From Phoronis australis (lineage: Eukaryota; Animalia; Phoronida), in the NCBI GenBank assembly GCA_002633005.1, contig NMRA01000069.1, positions 673,740 through 737,739 on the forward strand: 64,000 nucleotides of DNA, written 5' to 3'. Below, one piece after another: positions 52,501 through 64,000 of this stretch. Position 1 is the first letter of the stretch, and each line of letters begins with the position of its first letter. Below the pieces are notes generated by a model that worked only from the letters and a program-made list of their open reading frames with translations, was not told the DNA's origin and made no database searches. The position numbers and the translations under genes were made by a program.

Positions 52501-55500
52501 GGTGCCACAGTATATAGTGCCGTCCAAAAATCGTCAGCTGTCCTCTTCCCAGTATTAACATATATGTCAATTTTCACAAACATCCTAAGAGTGGTTTGGC
52601 CGACAGACACGTGGACGTCAAAAACAGACTCAAAAATAATAAAAACGGCCACTAGGTGACATGCACTATCAAAATGTTAAATGCATCTCAAAACAGAAAG
52701 ATGTCATCACCTCTTTAGCAGAAATCTATTTGCCAAATTTCGTAACAATTCGTCAGGAACTAAAGATATATACAAAGGAAAATGGAAAAAGCCACTAGGG
52801 GCACAGCCCTAGCTGACCCGTCCGAAAGTTGTCGTCACCAGTTGTCGTTTTCCTATAAATATACTTGCCATGCACTCTTACAATAATTTGGCCTACAGAG
52901 GGGTGAACGGCACATCAAACAGACTCGAAAATAGTAAATATGGTCACTAGGTGTCGCAAAATATGTCAAATCCATTCGAAATTCTCAAGGTGGCGTTACC
53001 TTTCTAACATATATTACCTGTTTACAAAATTACATGACAACGCAAAGAAACTATGATGAGAGCACATCAGTCTGCAAAATTTCACGAACATACAACAAGG
53101 GGTTTTGGAGATACAGCAGCAGACGCAGGAAAGACTGAGATGACGGCAGTTCACAGTTACAGTGAAATCCATACAAAAACCATTACATTGATCCACATGA
53201 AAACAAGGTGAAAACCAATGGCCTAAAATTTAGCTGATCTGGTATATGCAGGTTGCATTTTACTGGTTTCCATGAAGAACAAATTTAAACATGATAACTG
53301 CACTTGATAAAATACACTAATTTTCAACCCGAATTTACTTACCAGGGTTCTAGAGTTTAATCCCTAATTCAGTGATCCCTGCATAATTAATAACAGCATT
53401 ATGATTTTAAAAACAAACATAGCTGTACCTTTATCTTTCACAAAGAATGGGTGATCTAAAGCGCATTTGGAGATAACTTCAGGCTGAGTTTCCACAGTTG
53501 ACGCAAATCTCAGTTGAAGAAATGCATTCTGGGGGTTTCCTGGAGATCGACATTCTTCAATATTGATGAGCTTTAGACCATCCGGAGCATATCTGGAAAA
53601 GGCATGTGATCAATCACTAGAACAGTGAAAAACTCAAGCCATGTGCTTCAGTCACGTCTCAAAGCAGAAGATACACATGTCAGAGTGTGCATAAATTATT
53701 TCAAAATGGCAGATTTCCTTGGATATTAAAATTACGAACAGGGGAAAAGCATTAAATTTAAAGCATCTGAATTTTGTGCTCAACCAAACCAAATGTGAGA
53801 CAAACATATCAGCCAAATTTGGCAAAAGAACCAATAAAATAGGCTGCAGCGATGACAAGCAATTAAAATTTAAAGAAATACAGCTCTGACCACATACAGT
53901 CAATCTGAGTATGGGTACATTGCCATATTCCTTCAGATTAATACCCAAGCTACTTTTTAAGTTTCGAGAAACACGGTGATTTTAAACCCAAAATTTTACA
54001 AAAAGTTTACGTCTGCTGATGTTTAGCTAAACAGTCATTTCAATTTAACATTTAGGAAGCTCAATGCAAGTGTTAAAAAAAAACATAGCAGGAATATTCA
54101 GTTTTCCTACAACAACGTGGCATGGTGCAGCTAAAATTCTCAAAGAAGCTTTTTAACAGTTTGGGAGCTAAAATTAGCACAAGACAACTCTCTTGAACAT
54201 GGTTCCTTAGGGTTTTTTGTAAGGGGGTGTGTAAAAGTGAAAATTAAGAGTTTTTGAGTGCACACGTGTGCACCGAACATGAAATGTTAACTCTGACAAA
54301 TTCTTTATAAAACACAATAACACTATAAAGTCATACAAATTAAATCATAATATTGCTTGATTGTTACGTTTCTTTGTATTATTCGCTTGTTCTTTTGTTG
54401 TTTTTATACTTTTCCAAGGCAAGATACATTGACGCCAATTAAGGTGACATTACTGATAAGAAAACCAATTTTCTAAATATCAGCCTCAGCGTGAAATCGA
54501 ACTTGCAGCCCACATGGTCGTAGTCAAATGCTTGCCAGGTGGCACAAAAGACAATAAATGGCAGAGTGTTTAATTGTATATAACTGGTAAAGTCACCAAC
54601 CTCAATTTCAGCATAAGACAATGTTACACATGACTACCTGCATTTTTCTTTCTGTTCATTGGTCTGCAGGGCTTGTGCTGCCAGACTCTCCTTATTGGCT
54701 AGATCCTCGGCTAACTGCCATTCAGTTTTAGCTCCGGTTGTAAACATCAGTAGCGTTCCTGTAATAGTGAATAAACAACACTTAGAAATTGCATTTTGAG
54801 GAAATGGGCATGCGATGAAAATAAAAGGACGAAAACATTTCCCCAAGTTTCCTATTGAGAAGTCTTCGTTGTCTGTGAATAATACATGTCTACATAAATT
54901 TTCCTTATATGCTACCACTGGGCGAATTCGAAGATGGGCAGAAAACTTCAGTAACACTGCAACCATAACTACAATATCAAATATTACATGTACCAAACCA
55001 ACAAAGTTATGGTATTAAGAACAGGTGATCAGCAAAGAAAAATTAAAGTGAGTGCTTGGCATTACTCCAGCATAGATATTATTCGCAAGTCCTCTGCTCA
55101 CTATAACCAGAAAGTGACACCTCTTCTGGGAAATCCATATGAAAATATTGAAGTAATTGTGAATCTGTAGTCCATGATCTATGATTACATCAATGTAAAA
55201 TTAACCAATCAGGGGGTCCCCGCCCAACTGAGACTTTCTCTAGATCTGCACCTATTTTTCCGCTGCGAACGAAATTCCATACCTTGAATGAAACACTGCC
55301 ACACCGCAGTGGGCCAAGAATGGGACCAGCTGGCGCTGCCATCGAGATCGCAGTTTGGCGATGACGGGAATGGAGATGACGAGGTCACGCGAGGGTCACA
55401 CTCTTCACTAAAAATGGTTTAAGAATAATGTCAACACTTAAATGACGTGCACAAGGTGAACCTTACAGTCTCTTAGTGATCCTAATGAGAATTGCCTTAT

Positions 55501-58500
55501 TAGCGTCATCTCCAAATACGAGCGTGTGAGGAAAAAACAAAAGGTTGTGCAACAGCAATGCAACTGTCAATGTCCGCCATATTTTTTAATAAGTGGGTAA
55601 AAACTTTATAATCTGTGCCTTCATGAACACCTCTCCTGGTTACATTAAAAGCAATGATAATGCAGAAAAAGTTGCTCGCTTTGAAAAGAGTTTATATGAC
55701 TACCTTAGTTGTAATTGTATTTGTCATATAAATGACCTTACTTGTAATTGTATTAGTCATAATAAATGACCTTATATCGCCTAGCCAGGTCTTGGTTTCA
55801 TTTCTGGTAACAAGCTTGCGATGCACGAACTACCATATATCATTCGGGACATATGTCGATCATAAACTATATATTATGTTCCAGACGTTAAGACTTGTTT
55901 TTCATTTGATAGCAGTATAAGACAAGTATTCTAATTCAAAATTCACTTCTTTTGACATTAAAATTGTTAATGACGTGAGAACTGGGGCTTTATAACAAGT
56001 TATCATTTTAAGGGCTAACTATACCAAATGGTAAATTTACCTTATGGGAGAAACACACCACCTTTCTGTGGTTGACGGGGACGGTGTCCTTGGAGGTCGA
56101 GCATACGAGTGAATAGCATGGTCAATGGACCTGGAAATGGTAGAGAGTCATAAATACCATGGTCAACAGACTTGGAAATGGTAGAGTGACATAAATACCA
56201 TTGTCACCAGACCTGGAAATGGCAGAGTGACACAAATACCATGGTCAACATGACTTGGAAATGGTGGAGTGACATTGTGGAACTATATGTTCCAAATTAT
56301 ATGCACACAATTTAGCAAGAAGCGGCACTTCAATTACCGCAAAAATTATATCACTTAGAGAGACTGCAGTAACAAAACTACATTATTTTTAAATTATCAT
56401 TACTTCTACCTGTCTATGTGTTAATTGCACATGGATCCTCAGTTCTAATTTTTCGAAGATAGGTGTGCGATATGAATCCAAGTCAAACCCTCGTGGCATG
56501 TTTATTTTTCAATTGTTATCTGTTCATCCCTATCGTTTTACTGCAAACTACAGTGGACCAGAAATCTTCTCTGCCAATACATACATAAAACCACAATAAA
56601 AAGCTTTCCATGAGTAACAATGACAATGACAATAATATACTCACTTTGGAATGTTTTGTTTGATTGGAGATTTCGTAGGAGACGAAACACTGTCTCGGGG
56701 AGTTCTTTGTAGAAGTGGACTCTGCGGGCCAGTTGCAATGATGGCTAATTCTGTGAGTGGATTATTCATGTCAGACGTCCTCGAGGTCTCTGTGGCAACA
56801 TTGGGCGAACACGTCAGACGGGAAGTGCCGACATCCAGGCGTAGAGATTTTGATGGAAAGTGACGAGATGAATAATGACAAGGGAGATCATCATCGTCAT
56901 CTTCTAAAACAAAAATAGACAATGTAAGTACAACCACTAGGTGGCATGTAGTATCTTGCAATAGATGGCACTGTGTTACAATATGGCAACTTGCAGTCTT
57001 CAGACTCATTAAACACTTCTGGAAAGTACATGTTACATAGGGTTAGTAAGACTGTGTGTATTAGTTCCTTGCAGTCTTAAGCTAATTTGAGGTTTCTATT
57101 AATCTGAAATAGCTGATGTTATCTAAAAACATTTAACTTCACATTTGCAGCTGGATTTTTATAAAAATGTTCAAGCCAGTTAACTGCACCATGCTCGATG
57201 AAGTGGAGTACACAAAAAATATCAAGGCCCAAGGACCAAACTCTGTACTCCACCAGCAAACCTGCACGTCACACTTTTATGTGAATGATCGCTTGTCGTA
57301 ATTCTTGGATTTAAGACTGTCAACAATGCCTAGTTTCAAAATTTGATAAAAGTGTCTACTTTAAAGCCCAGTTTAATCACCAATTTTCACTTTCCCAAAT
57401 AGGAGATATTTTTTAATGAGTTTTACCAGGTGTATTTTCGATAGTAGCAACCTAGCATTTAAGAAAAATACATTCGCCCAAAATGTCAGCCTCGTCCCCA
57501 AGCCTCAAGATGGCGCTGATTGATTTAGCCATTTGAGGCTTGGTTGAGGGAATTATTTTCTGCACCATTATTGGCCGCTGCCTTGACATCATTAAAATAA
57601 AGGCAGATTTTTATTATATTCACTGACATTGTTGCTGCCATTTGATCACGAATAAGAAAGCATCGGTTTGGTTATTGTTTGAAATAAAGGTCTCTGGCCT
57701 ACTTGTTTTCAACTCTTTTTTATTAATCTGTTTTCGAATCAAAGTACATCATTTTTGCAATAATTTAGACCTAAATTGCTGCAATATAGCGTTAGTTTAC
57801 AATTTTATATTATACTGCACAAAATTTCAAAGATGATATAACTTTATATTACTCGTGATATTCCACCAATTTCGGTAAAAACGTATCAGAATTCTGACAC
57901 ATTTCATTTCCCATAACCAAGCCTCAAGTGGCTAAACCAATCAGTGCCATCTTGAGGCTTGGGAACAAGACTGCCCAAAATGTTTGCAATAACTTTTATG
58001 CATGAAAACGTCTCTTCAGGTTTTCGTTACCAACAACGAATTGCGTAAAAAAATCCTACTCATATTAATTGTGGTGACCTTCATTTTCAAGGGAATTTTC
58101 CATCCAATTATTTTCATTTTCCAATCCTTCTCAAACAATTTTTAAAGGTAAACGTTTTATAGCCAAGCATAACTGAAGTTTGTAACTTATAAACACCATT
58201 ATAGTCAATGTGCTTAAGGTCAAATGGAAACGTATAGAGGGTTATGGGTAGCCACTCTGAGAATCGGTATTTTATCATTTTATCTGTACTGTATAATTAG
58301 CGTGTTGCTTAAGTTTTTGAAGTTTAATTTTGTAGTTTTTTTTAAATTGTCGGATAATAGCACTTGTGATAATGTTTCATTGTTAAAATCCAGACTTTTG
58401 AAGAAAGATTATTATATGGGCAGCACAGACAGTTCCTGCCTAACAGCAGATCATCCAGACATCCAATCTAGCTGTTCGTAGATTAGATGGATACGCAGTT

Positions 58501-61500
58501 GCAAAAGTTCTACTCACTGCAAGACTCACAGGATACAAAATTAGGAAACAAACCTCTTTAACTGGGATAGCGAAAGTTTTCAGAGGACAGTGAAATTTAC
58601 ATACTTTCAGTTCTAAAAGGATTAATTTCAGAGGACAGTGAAATTTACATACTTTCAGTTCTAAAAGGATTAATTTTATCAAATGATGCACAAAACAGGA
58701 AGAACCATTAATTTTTTAACTATCTTAGGCAATGACGAAATGTGAACAGCTAATTGTTTCCCCAAATACAAAGTGAACATAGGTTTGATTGAATTCAAGG
58801 ATTTTATAAAAGTTTTCAATGAGAACATTTACAGAAGTATACCATTAGGAGTCCTACGAGATTACCTGCACGACTTGCAGCTACCACGTACTGTACGTAA
58901 AAGATGTAATAAGCAACTAAACCTTATCAAGCCAACCCAAACAACAAATTGTCAACTTAACAACAGATCAACAGTCTGATATCACACATATGTAAACATA
59001 ACAACAAAAAAACAACTTGAAAACAAATGGAAAGACCAAAACAAACATGTTACCTTGCTTTCCCATAATCAGTTTGCTTTTGAAGAGAAGAGAAATTCTC
59101 CTTTGAGGTAAAATTGTTGCAAAGCCCTACTCCATTTTATAGGCCCCTGGCTCAGTCCCAAAATGTCTGCACTGAGTTTACTGAACCCCACAATCACTTC
59201 AACATAAGCCTCTTAGTACAATAACAATTACGAATCAACAGGTGTTAAAGTGTAGGTAAGTAGAAAAATTAATTACTTTACTAAGGACCTGTACCCAAGC
59301 TACATATTTGCAAAGAACATGATCTAACTGATGTCAACTGATAGCTTACAGACGATTTTAAAAATAAAACATTACACTATTTTACATGTTTTAAGGGGCC
59401 CAATATCCAGGTACTAACCTACAGGTTTCTGATTGGTAGATTTGATATAATACACATAGACTTTTTCATTTGACAGATGAATGAATGAATGAATGAACTA
59501 ATGAATGAATGAATGAATGAGGTGTTGGAGACCCTTAAAATGCATAACATTCATTGACTTGTCAGCCATTTTTAAATTCTCATACAACAATAGAAATAAA
59601 ATGCCGATGAATATATTACTTATAGAACAATGCAATGCAGGTTTGTAATATCAAATCAAAGCACAGCTGAATCGTTTAACAGCATAGCTTAGAATTTTTC
59701 CATGGAAATGCTTAAAAGGATAAAAAATTTTCAACTTAGTAGTTGCAGTTCAACCACTGTAAAAATTAATAAGCAATAAAATCAAAAATAATAAAAAAGG
59801 TGAATGATAGTTAAAATAAATGACATCATTTGCTTGAAAAGTCGACATTTTAATAAACAATGCATTGATTACCAATGAAAACAAGAGCAAATTACAATAA
59901 AGATTCTTTCCCTCGTACGACTGTCCACAAAATATGTGCGGGACTCGAAATATTATACTTCATTTCCGACAACAAAAGAAATAACTTTCAGTTATAAAAT
60001 TCCATATCATTATACTACACAGAAACGAAAATTCCCTTCCCCAGTAATGAAAGCAGAAAAATGCATTATTTTACCAAATTACTGACCCACCAATCTCGTA
60101 GGATCATGTGTAGGGAAAGAGAAAACATTGCGTTACCCAATTACTTTTGAACTTCTAGTTTCTACATTTTACTTATACAATAAAACTACCTGGAGGAAAG
60201 CTCTCTTCGCCTTCGTCACACTCCAAATTAGGTAAATCAACGACGTTAATTTCCCGTGTGTCTGCATCATCCGATGTATGAGAGACGCTATCAGCAATCT
60301 CACACTTGGTTTTTTCTGTGTGATACTTTAACCCATTTGAGCTGAAATAAAAAACAATGATGTAAAAATAATTTAATGACAAGGTGAATGTCCACTGGCT
60401 GACAAAAATCTCTAGGAAAGCACAAGGTATAGTTTTGAATGATTTCAATGACAATAGATTACCTAAGTACAAAATTTATGTGCGGTAATTTTAATTACGT
60501 TGACTCCAGCCATTGTCATCCTGCCTAAGTATTAAGGGAGAGAATGACAATTAAAAAAATTAAAAAATAAAAAATGTGAATAAGTTAAAAGGCAACAGTA
60601 ATTTTTTGTCCTGCAAGTCCAATAAAAGTATCCATCAGATAATTAAGTAAAAAAAAACAATTAAAAATGGTAGAAATTGAAAAATAACCTTGAAATAGCC
60701 TAAAATGGTTGAACAACTACGATAAATTCTCACCAATTTAGGACACAGTACGGTGGCCAATTGAAATCAAATTTTCTGATTTTCTCATGAAAAAATAGCA
60801 CAAAATAACGGGTTAAAACTCTAGTCAGCACTGCAGCCAACAGACAATACCTTAAAAAAGAAAACATACCTTTTAAAAGTCCTGCCGCAGCGATCACATG
60901 TGTACGGTCTGTCAACTCCATAGTGGGTTTTCAGGTGGTAACGTAATCCAGGTAGACTTGTCAGAACCTTTCCACAACCTTCTTCAGGACACTTCAGCAC
61001 CTTGTGTCCCTGTGCAGTTGAATCGCCATGGGAACGCATGAACTCTTGCATGCGTTCCGTTTGAACCTTGTGTCTCTTTCCAGTCTACATACAAAATATG
61101 AATATTATAAATATTGATTAAAAAACAAATAGATGATATAAAACAGCCAGCATCTAAGAAAATTGACAACTTCATGGAAACAACTTTGGCAATTTTGTGG
61201 TTTATTTTCTTCTTTTCAGGATATGAAGTGCTTCTTCACATTAACAATACAATCAGTGCATTAAGCCAAATATCTCCAGTAATACCAATTAACTTTGAAA
61301 GTAGGGATTTTCCAAACTTTTTTCAAATATAAACCAATCTGTCATTAATTGGACCCCTTAACCATGCCTTTAATTAAAATGTAACAAAAACATTATTTTA
61401 CTTATTTTTTTTCAATAAAATCAGTCCCACTTTATTTCCCCCAACATGACCCGACATTCTTAAGATGGCATTCCAAAGTCAGCCAAATTTGGACATTTTT

Positions 61501-62428
61501 AAGGCTCCCACATAGCCTTTAACCAAGGACTATTTGTTTTTATGACCACTGTAAAGCAGTATATAGGCCTACTCAAACAAGCCACACCTTTGGTGGCTTT
61601 TCCCAGTCTCACAAAAAATGAAGAAACCTGTGGGCTGGCATCTGAGGGCAAAACACAGTTCTAAGACAAAGTGGTGGAGGAAGAAATCATATATTGTGGT
61701 TCAGCTCAGTTCTATGGTTTAGAACAGATTAACATTAATGTAGTCTAGAACTTATACATGGAAAGCATGAGGAAAGTTGGGAAAGTGATCCACTTACTAT
61801 TTCTTTACTATTAGTTCTAAAGACATTTCAGAAGGGGTGTGCAACTTCTCATATATGACACATGGCATGAACACTGTATGAAAATCGAATATTGTTTCCC
61901 ATATAGTCAAGGACAATATTGATTTGCCTTCTTGAAAAACATCGTTGAACCCGTCCTTAAGCAATCCAAATGTTGCAATTCAAACCACTTGTTGCGTGTG
62001 ACTGTGATGAGGACAAAAAAGAAGAAAGCTCGAATTTGTTGCATCAGAACACTGTTGCGAGCATTGCATGGTGCCATTAAAACAGTTAACAATTCTTGTA
62101 AGTTCAGAATTACTGACAAGGACAGCATCTGCACGTATAGAATGTTTCTCGGTGTTTCTTCTGTTGTTTTGCATCTCATAGCCAATGAATCAGTAGGCCT
62201 ACTAAGGACCGTTTGTTTGCAAACAAACGTTTGAATAAGTAAGACGGCGAATGAATGAAACATTGGGAAAACAAGAAAGAAATTGATTGAGATTTCGACA
62301 GCGCTTACATGGATAAATTCTGGTTGTTTTCTTAAAGTTCCTAATTCATTTGTCCCTAGTGAATGTCGTTTTGGAAAATTTTAATATCGTAAACCAAACT
62401 CACGCAAACTTACCTCAACCGACGCCAT
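46553..62428 (-). CDS. HBP1: HMG box-containing protein 1 orthologue with N-terminal zinc fingers (whole model, ~560 aa)
   Basis: 13 in-phase exons (1683 nt): 62428-62414, 61084-60870, 60341-60190, 56903-56645, 56130-56041, 55407-55283, 54758-54638, 53592-53429, 51484-51346, 49140-49083, 48813-48629, 47673-47529, 46567-46553. The HMG box KRPMNAFMLFAKKHRVEYTQQYPGKDNRAISVLLGDRWKRM...PDCWKRKR, the AXH domain and the LTELAIIAT-PQSPL and HSYARPP motifs are as I recall them from vertebrate HBP1. Confidence 0.92.
47529..47673 (-). CDS. HBP1: HBP1 exon 12 (HMG box C-half)
   Basis: AISVLLGDRWKRMRSEERKAFSLEAKSLAEKQKRMHPDCWKRKRSASG. Confidence 0.95.
48629..48813 (-). CDS. HBP1: HBP1 exon 11 (HMG box N-half)
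   Basis: RAKRPMNAFMLFAKKHRVEYTQQYPGKDN. Confidence 0.95.
49083..49140 (-). CDS. HBP1: HBP1 exon 10
   Basis: FDFTPEDSSAVFALSNMAK. Confidence 0.88.
49418..50915 (-). mobile_element. HINE-like element, copy 3 (reverse)
   Basis: Reverse complement of the same family; spurious ORF 49560-49961 nearly equals ORF 38565-38963. Confidence 0.88.
51346..51484 (-). CDS. HBP1: HBP1 exon 9 (AXH end)
   Basis: GWSSFHPRQTVEHYGIPCSELDVSDICLPPSHPDA. Confidence 0.9.
51753..53200 (-). mobile_element. HINE-like element, old diverged reverse copy
   Basis: aacaagagca 3' end and periodic gccactagg motifs; decayed. Confidence 0.65.
53429..53592 (-). CDS. HBP1: HBP1 exon 8 (AXH)
   Basis: YAPDGLKLINIEEC...CALDHPFFVKDK. 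Confidence 0.9.
54638..54758 (-). CDS. HBP1: HBP1 exon 7 (AXH)
   Basis: GTLLMFTTGAKTEWQLAEDLANKE. Confidence 0.88.
55283..55407 (-). CDS. HBP1: HBP1 exon 6 (AXH start)
   Basis: ...SWPTAVWQCFIQG. Confidence 0.88.
56041..56130 (-). CDS. HBP1: HBP1 exon 5
   Basis: SIDHAIHSYARPPRTPSP...; an alternative same-phase donor lies after 56062. Confidence 0.8.
56117..56274. repeat. ~41-bp tandem repeat (4 copies) spanning the HBP1 exon 5 acceptor
   Basis: Unit catggtcaacagacctggaaatggtagagtgacataaatac. Confidence 0.85.
56645..56903 (-). CDS. HBP1: HBP1 exon 4
   Basis: EDDDDDLP...NNPLTELAIIATGPQSPLLQ. Confidence 0.88.
57487..57973. mobile_element. AcademH-like non-autonomous DNA transposon
   Basis: ~59-bp TIRs cagcctcgtccccaagcctcaagatggc... 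/ ...gccatcttgaggcttgggaacaagactg; perfect 10-bp TSD cccaaaatgt. Confidence 0.85.
58579..58675. repeat. 48-bp direct tandem duplication
   Basis: ttcagaggacagtgaaatttacatactttcagttctaaaaggattaat, twice. Confidence 0.9.
59477..59520. repeat. (ATGA)n microsatellite
   Basis: Visible tetranucleotide run with one interruption. Confidence 0.9.
60190..60341 (-). CDS. HBP1: HBP1 exon 3
   Basis: SSNGLKYHTEKTKC...EESFPP; completes finger 2. Confidence 0.88.
60870..61084 (-). CDS. HBP1: HBP1 exon 2 (C2H2 finger)
   Basis: TGKRHKVQTERMQ...CPEEGCGKVLTSLPGLRYHLKTHYGVDRPYTCDRCGRTFK. Confidence 0.9.
62414..62428 (-). CDS. HBP1: HBP1 exon 1 (MASVE)
   Basis: agaATGG start; GAG|GTAAGT donor. Confidence 0.75.
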
Positions 62429-62454
62429 TCTAATCAAAGGCAAGCGCCGGCTTC

Positions 62455-62530
62455 ACTGTGATTGGGTCATTTTCTCCATGTGATATAAATAAATCGTTGA
62501 TTGGGTGATCGAAATGAATATGCAAGTCCA
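62455..62530 (-). promoter_or_regulatory. Putative HBP1 proximal promoter with two CCAAT boxes
   Basis: tgattgggt occurs twice (~62459, ~62498; CCAATCA on minus) just upstream of the ATG exon. Confidence 0.45.
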
Positions 62531-63183
62531 CGCTGTTCTTTCTTTTGTATTACCCTTGTTTTCTGCGAAATACATGTGCACCAAAGATTTTTAAGGCATA
62601 AAAATAATGTAATTTCACCCTTGTTTGCCTGAACTGTAAAATATTCTTACATATTTATATTCTACTTAGTAATAGGAGTCAATACCAAAACGACGAAGTT
62701 CGTAATTAAGACATAAATGAGAGGGAGGGTGCGTGAACACTATTTGAATACAAACCGCGGGTAATCTTGTATTGATGAAGACGAAGTCGGACGGGATGGT
62801 GTGGCTTGAGTATCCTACTGTGAATACTTTAGTGAGTTAGCGGCCAACCTTGTCATTTTTACCGATTTTCGTTGTACCCTTTGCTAGCTTGATGTTTGAG
62901 TTTGTGTCGAGTCAGAGAAGTCAAGTCTTGCCTGGTTTTGGGTCTTGTGACTGATGTGGCTCTTTGAGTTTGTTGTTTTGAGTCTGCCGAGGTCAAACTC
63001 GAGACGCAATGAAATCCAAATTAAAGAGCGTTGTGATGCTTAGGCGTTTGATTCTTCACTCAGCACTCCATTTACGTTCGCTTCCTTATGCTGTTTTTTG
63101 GTTTTCGATTTAAAAAAAAAAATGTCCTGTGCTAGTCGTTGAGAGTATTCATTACTCGGCAGCCATTCCATTCGGAACGGAAA

Positions 63184-63612
63184 GTAGGCCTGCTATGCGT
63201 GAACTTGGAATCTTGCTTAATCTCAAAAAAGATCGCGTATGCGTGAACTTTGAATACATGAGGAAACTTGACAAGTTCACTCAAATAATTACGTTCACGT
63301 GGATAAGAATTTGCACTGCACTAAACCAAATTACGTTAATAAAATAACGTAAAATTCAACTATTTTTTTCAGCTATTGGCGATCTTATTCACAAACAATA
63401 ATTGTTTTAACCAATCACAAGTTTTTCCGATTCTTTGACACAAGTTATGGTAAAGGAGGAAATGAGTGATTATAAGACCAATAATTACAAAAATTCTTTA
63501 CACTGAACAAAAAATTTCCACCTGATTGCCCAAATATATGTTCAATTCCAAGTTCACGCATACGGGATCTTGAGATTAAGCAGGATTCCAAGTTCACGCA
63601 CAGCAGGCCTAC
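63184..63612. mobile_element. MITE with ~70-bp TIRs
   Basis: gtaggcctgctatgcgtgaacttggaatcttgcttaatctcaa... / ...ttgagattaagcaggattccaagttcacgcacagcaggcctac; each arm repeats tgcgtgaactt twice. Confidence 0.85.
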
Positions 63613-64000
63613 CCACTCTTTCACAGTGCTACGAAAGGTTGCACTGTTGAATGTTGTTTAACATGGCTTGTCAATGAAGCCGACGTCATAAACCTCTTTC
63701 AGTTTACTGTTACATAGTATGGTAACCACCTTTGACTTGAATAGCTGCAATTTATTAAGACAGTGATCGAAGTAAACAACATCAAGGGAGCTCAGTCCAG
63801 TGCTTGAAGTCGTGTGCAGGTGGTAGCAATGTGATCGGTATACTTTCGACCAAGACGTGCGTGTTGATGCCTACACACGGAATTCTGCGTGTCATTCATC
63901 ATGTGTCTAAAGGGCCACTTTTCAGTATAGGTGGCACTGTGTCAGACTGTCAGAGGGTAGCCTGGTACTGTGGGTTCCCAAACAAAACATTGCCATCTGG

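Noticed and set aside
63780-63960. Possible tRNA-derived SINE or tRNA
   Set aside because: No convincing A/B boxes or cloverleaf; no tRNA or rRNA genes are supported anywhere in the window.

Overview
Eukaryotic, intron-rich, AT-rich animal DNA, most likely a marine invertebrate (inference). Bases 1-18 kb are a transposon graveyard. They hold THAP, L1/Tx1-type and Harbinger remnants, plus a CR1/L2-group LINE broken by at least four nested insertions: a Mutator-type MITE, an AT-rich insert, a second MITE and an RT+RNase H I/Ingi-like LINE. Two convergent multi-exon genes were reconstructed by hand with consistent GT-AG phases. (1) On +, 19254-42818, 14 coding exons, about 1357 aa: an unrecognised protein with a degenerate FHA-like N-terminus, ARM-like repeats, paired PP1-docking motifs (SILK + KSVQF), a ~730-aa acidic disordered exon and a katanin-p80 con80-like C-terminus. 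(2) On -, 62428-46553, 13 coding exons, about 560 aa: an HBP1 orthologue (AXH + HMG box) with two extra N-terminal zinc fingers. Introns carry five Helentron/HINE-like elements with internal tandem arrays, several MITEs (one AcademH-like with a 10-bp TSD) and a solo LTR with perfect heat-shock elements. All domain calls come from motif recognition by eye; no searches were run.
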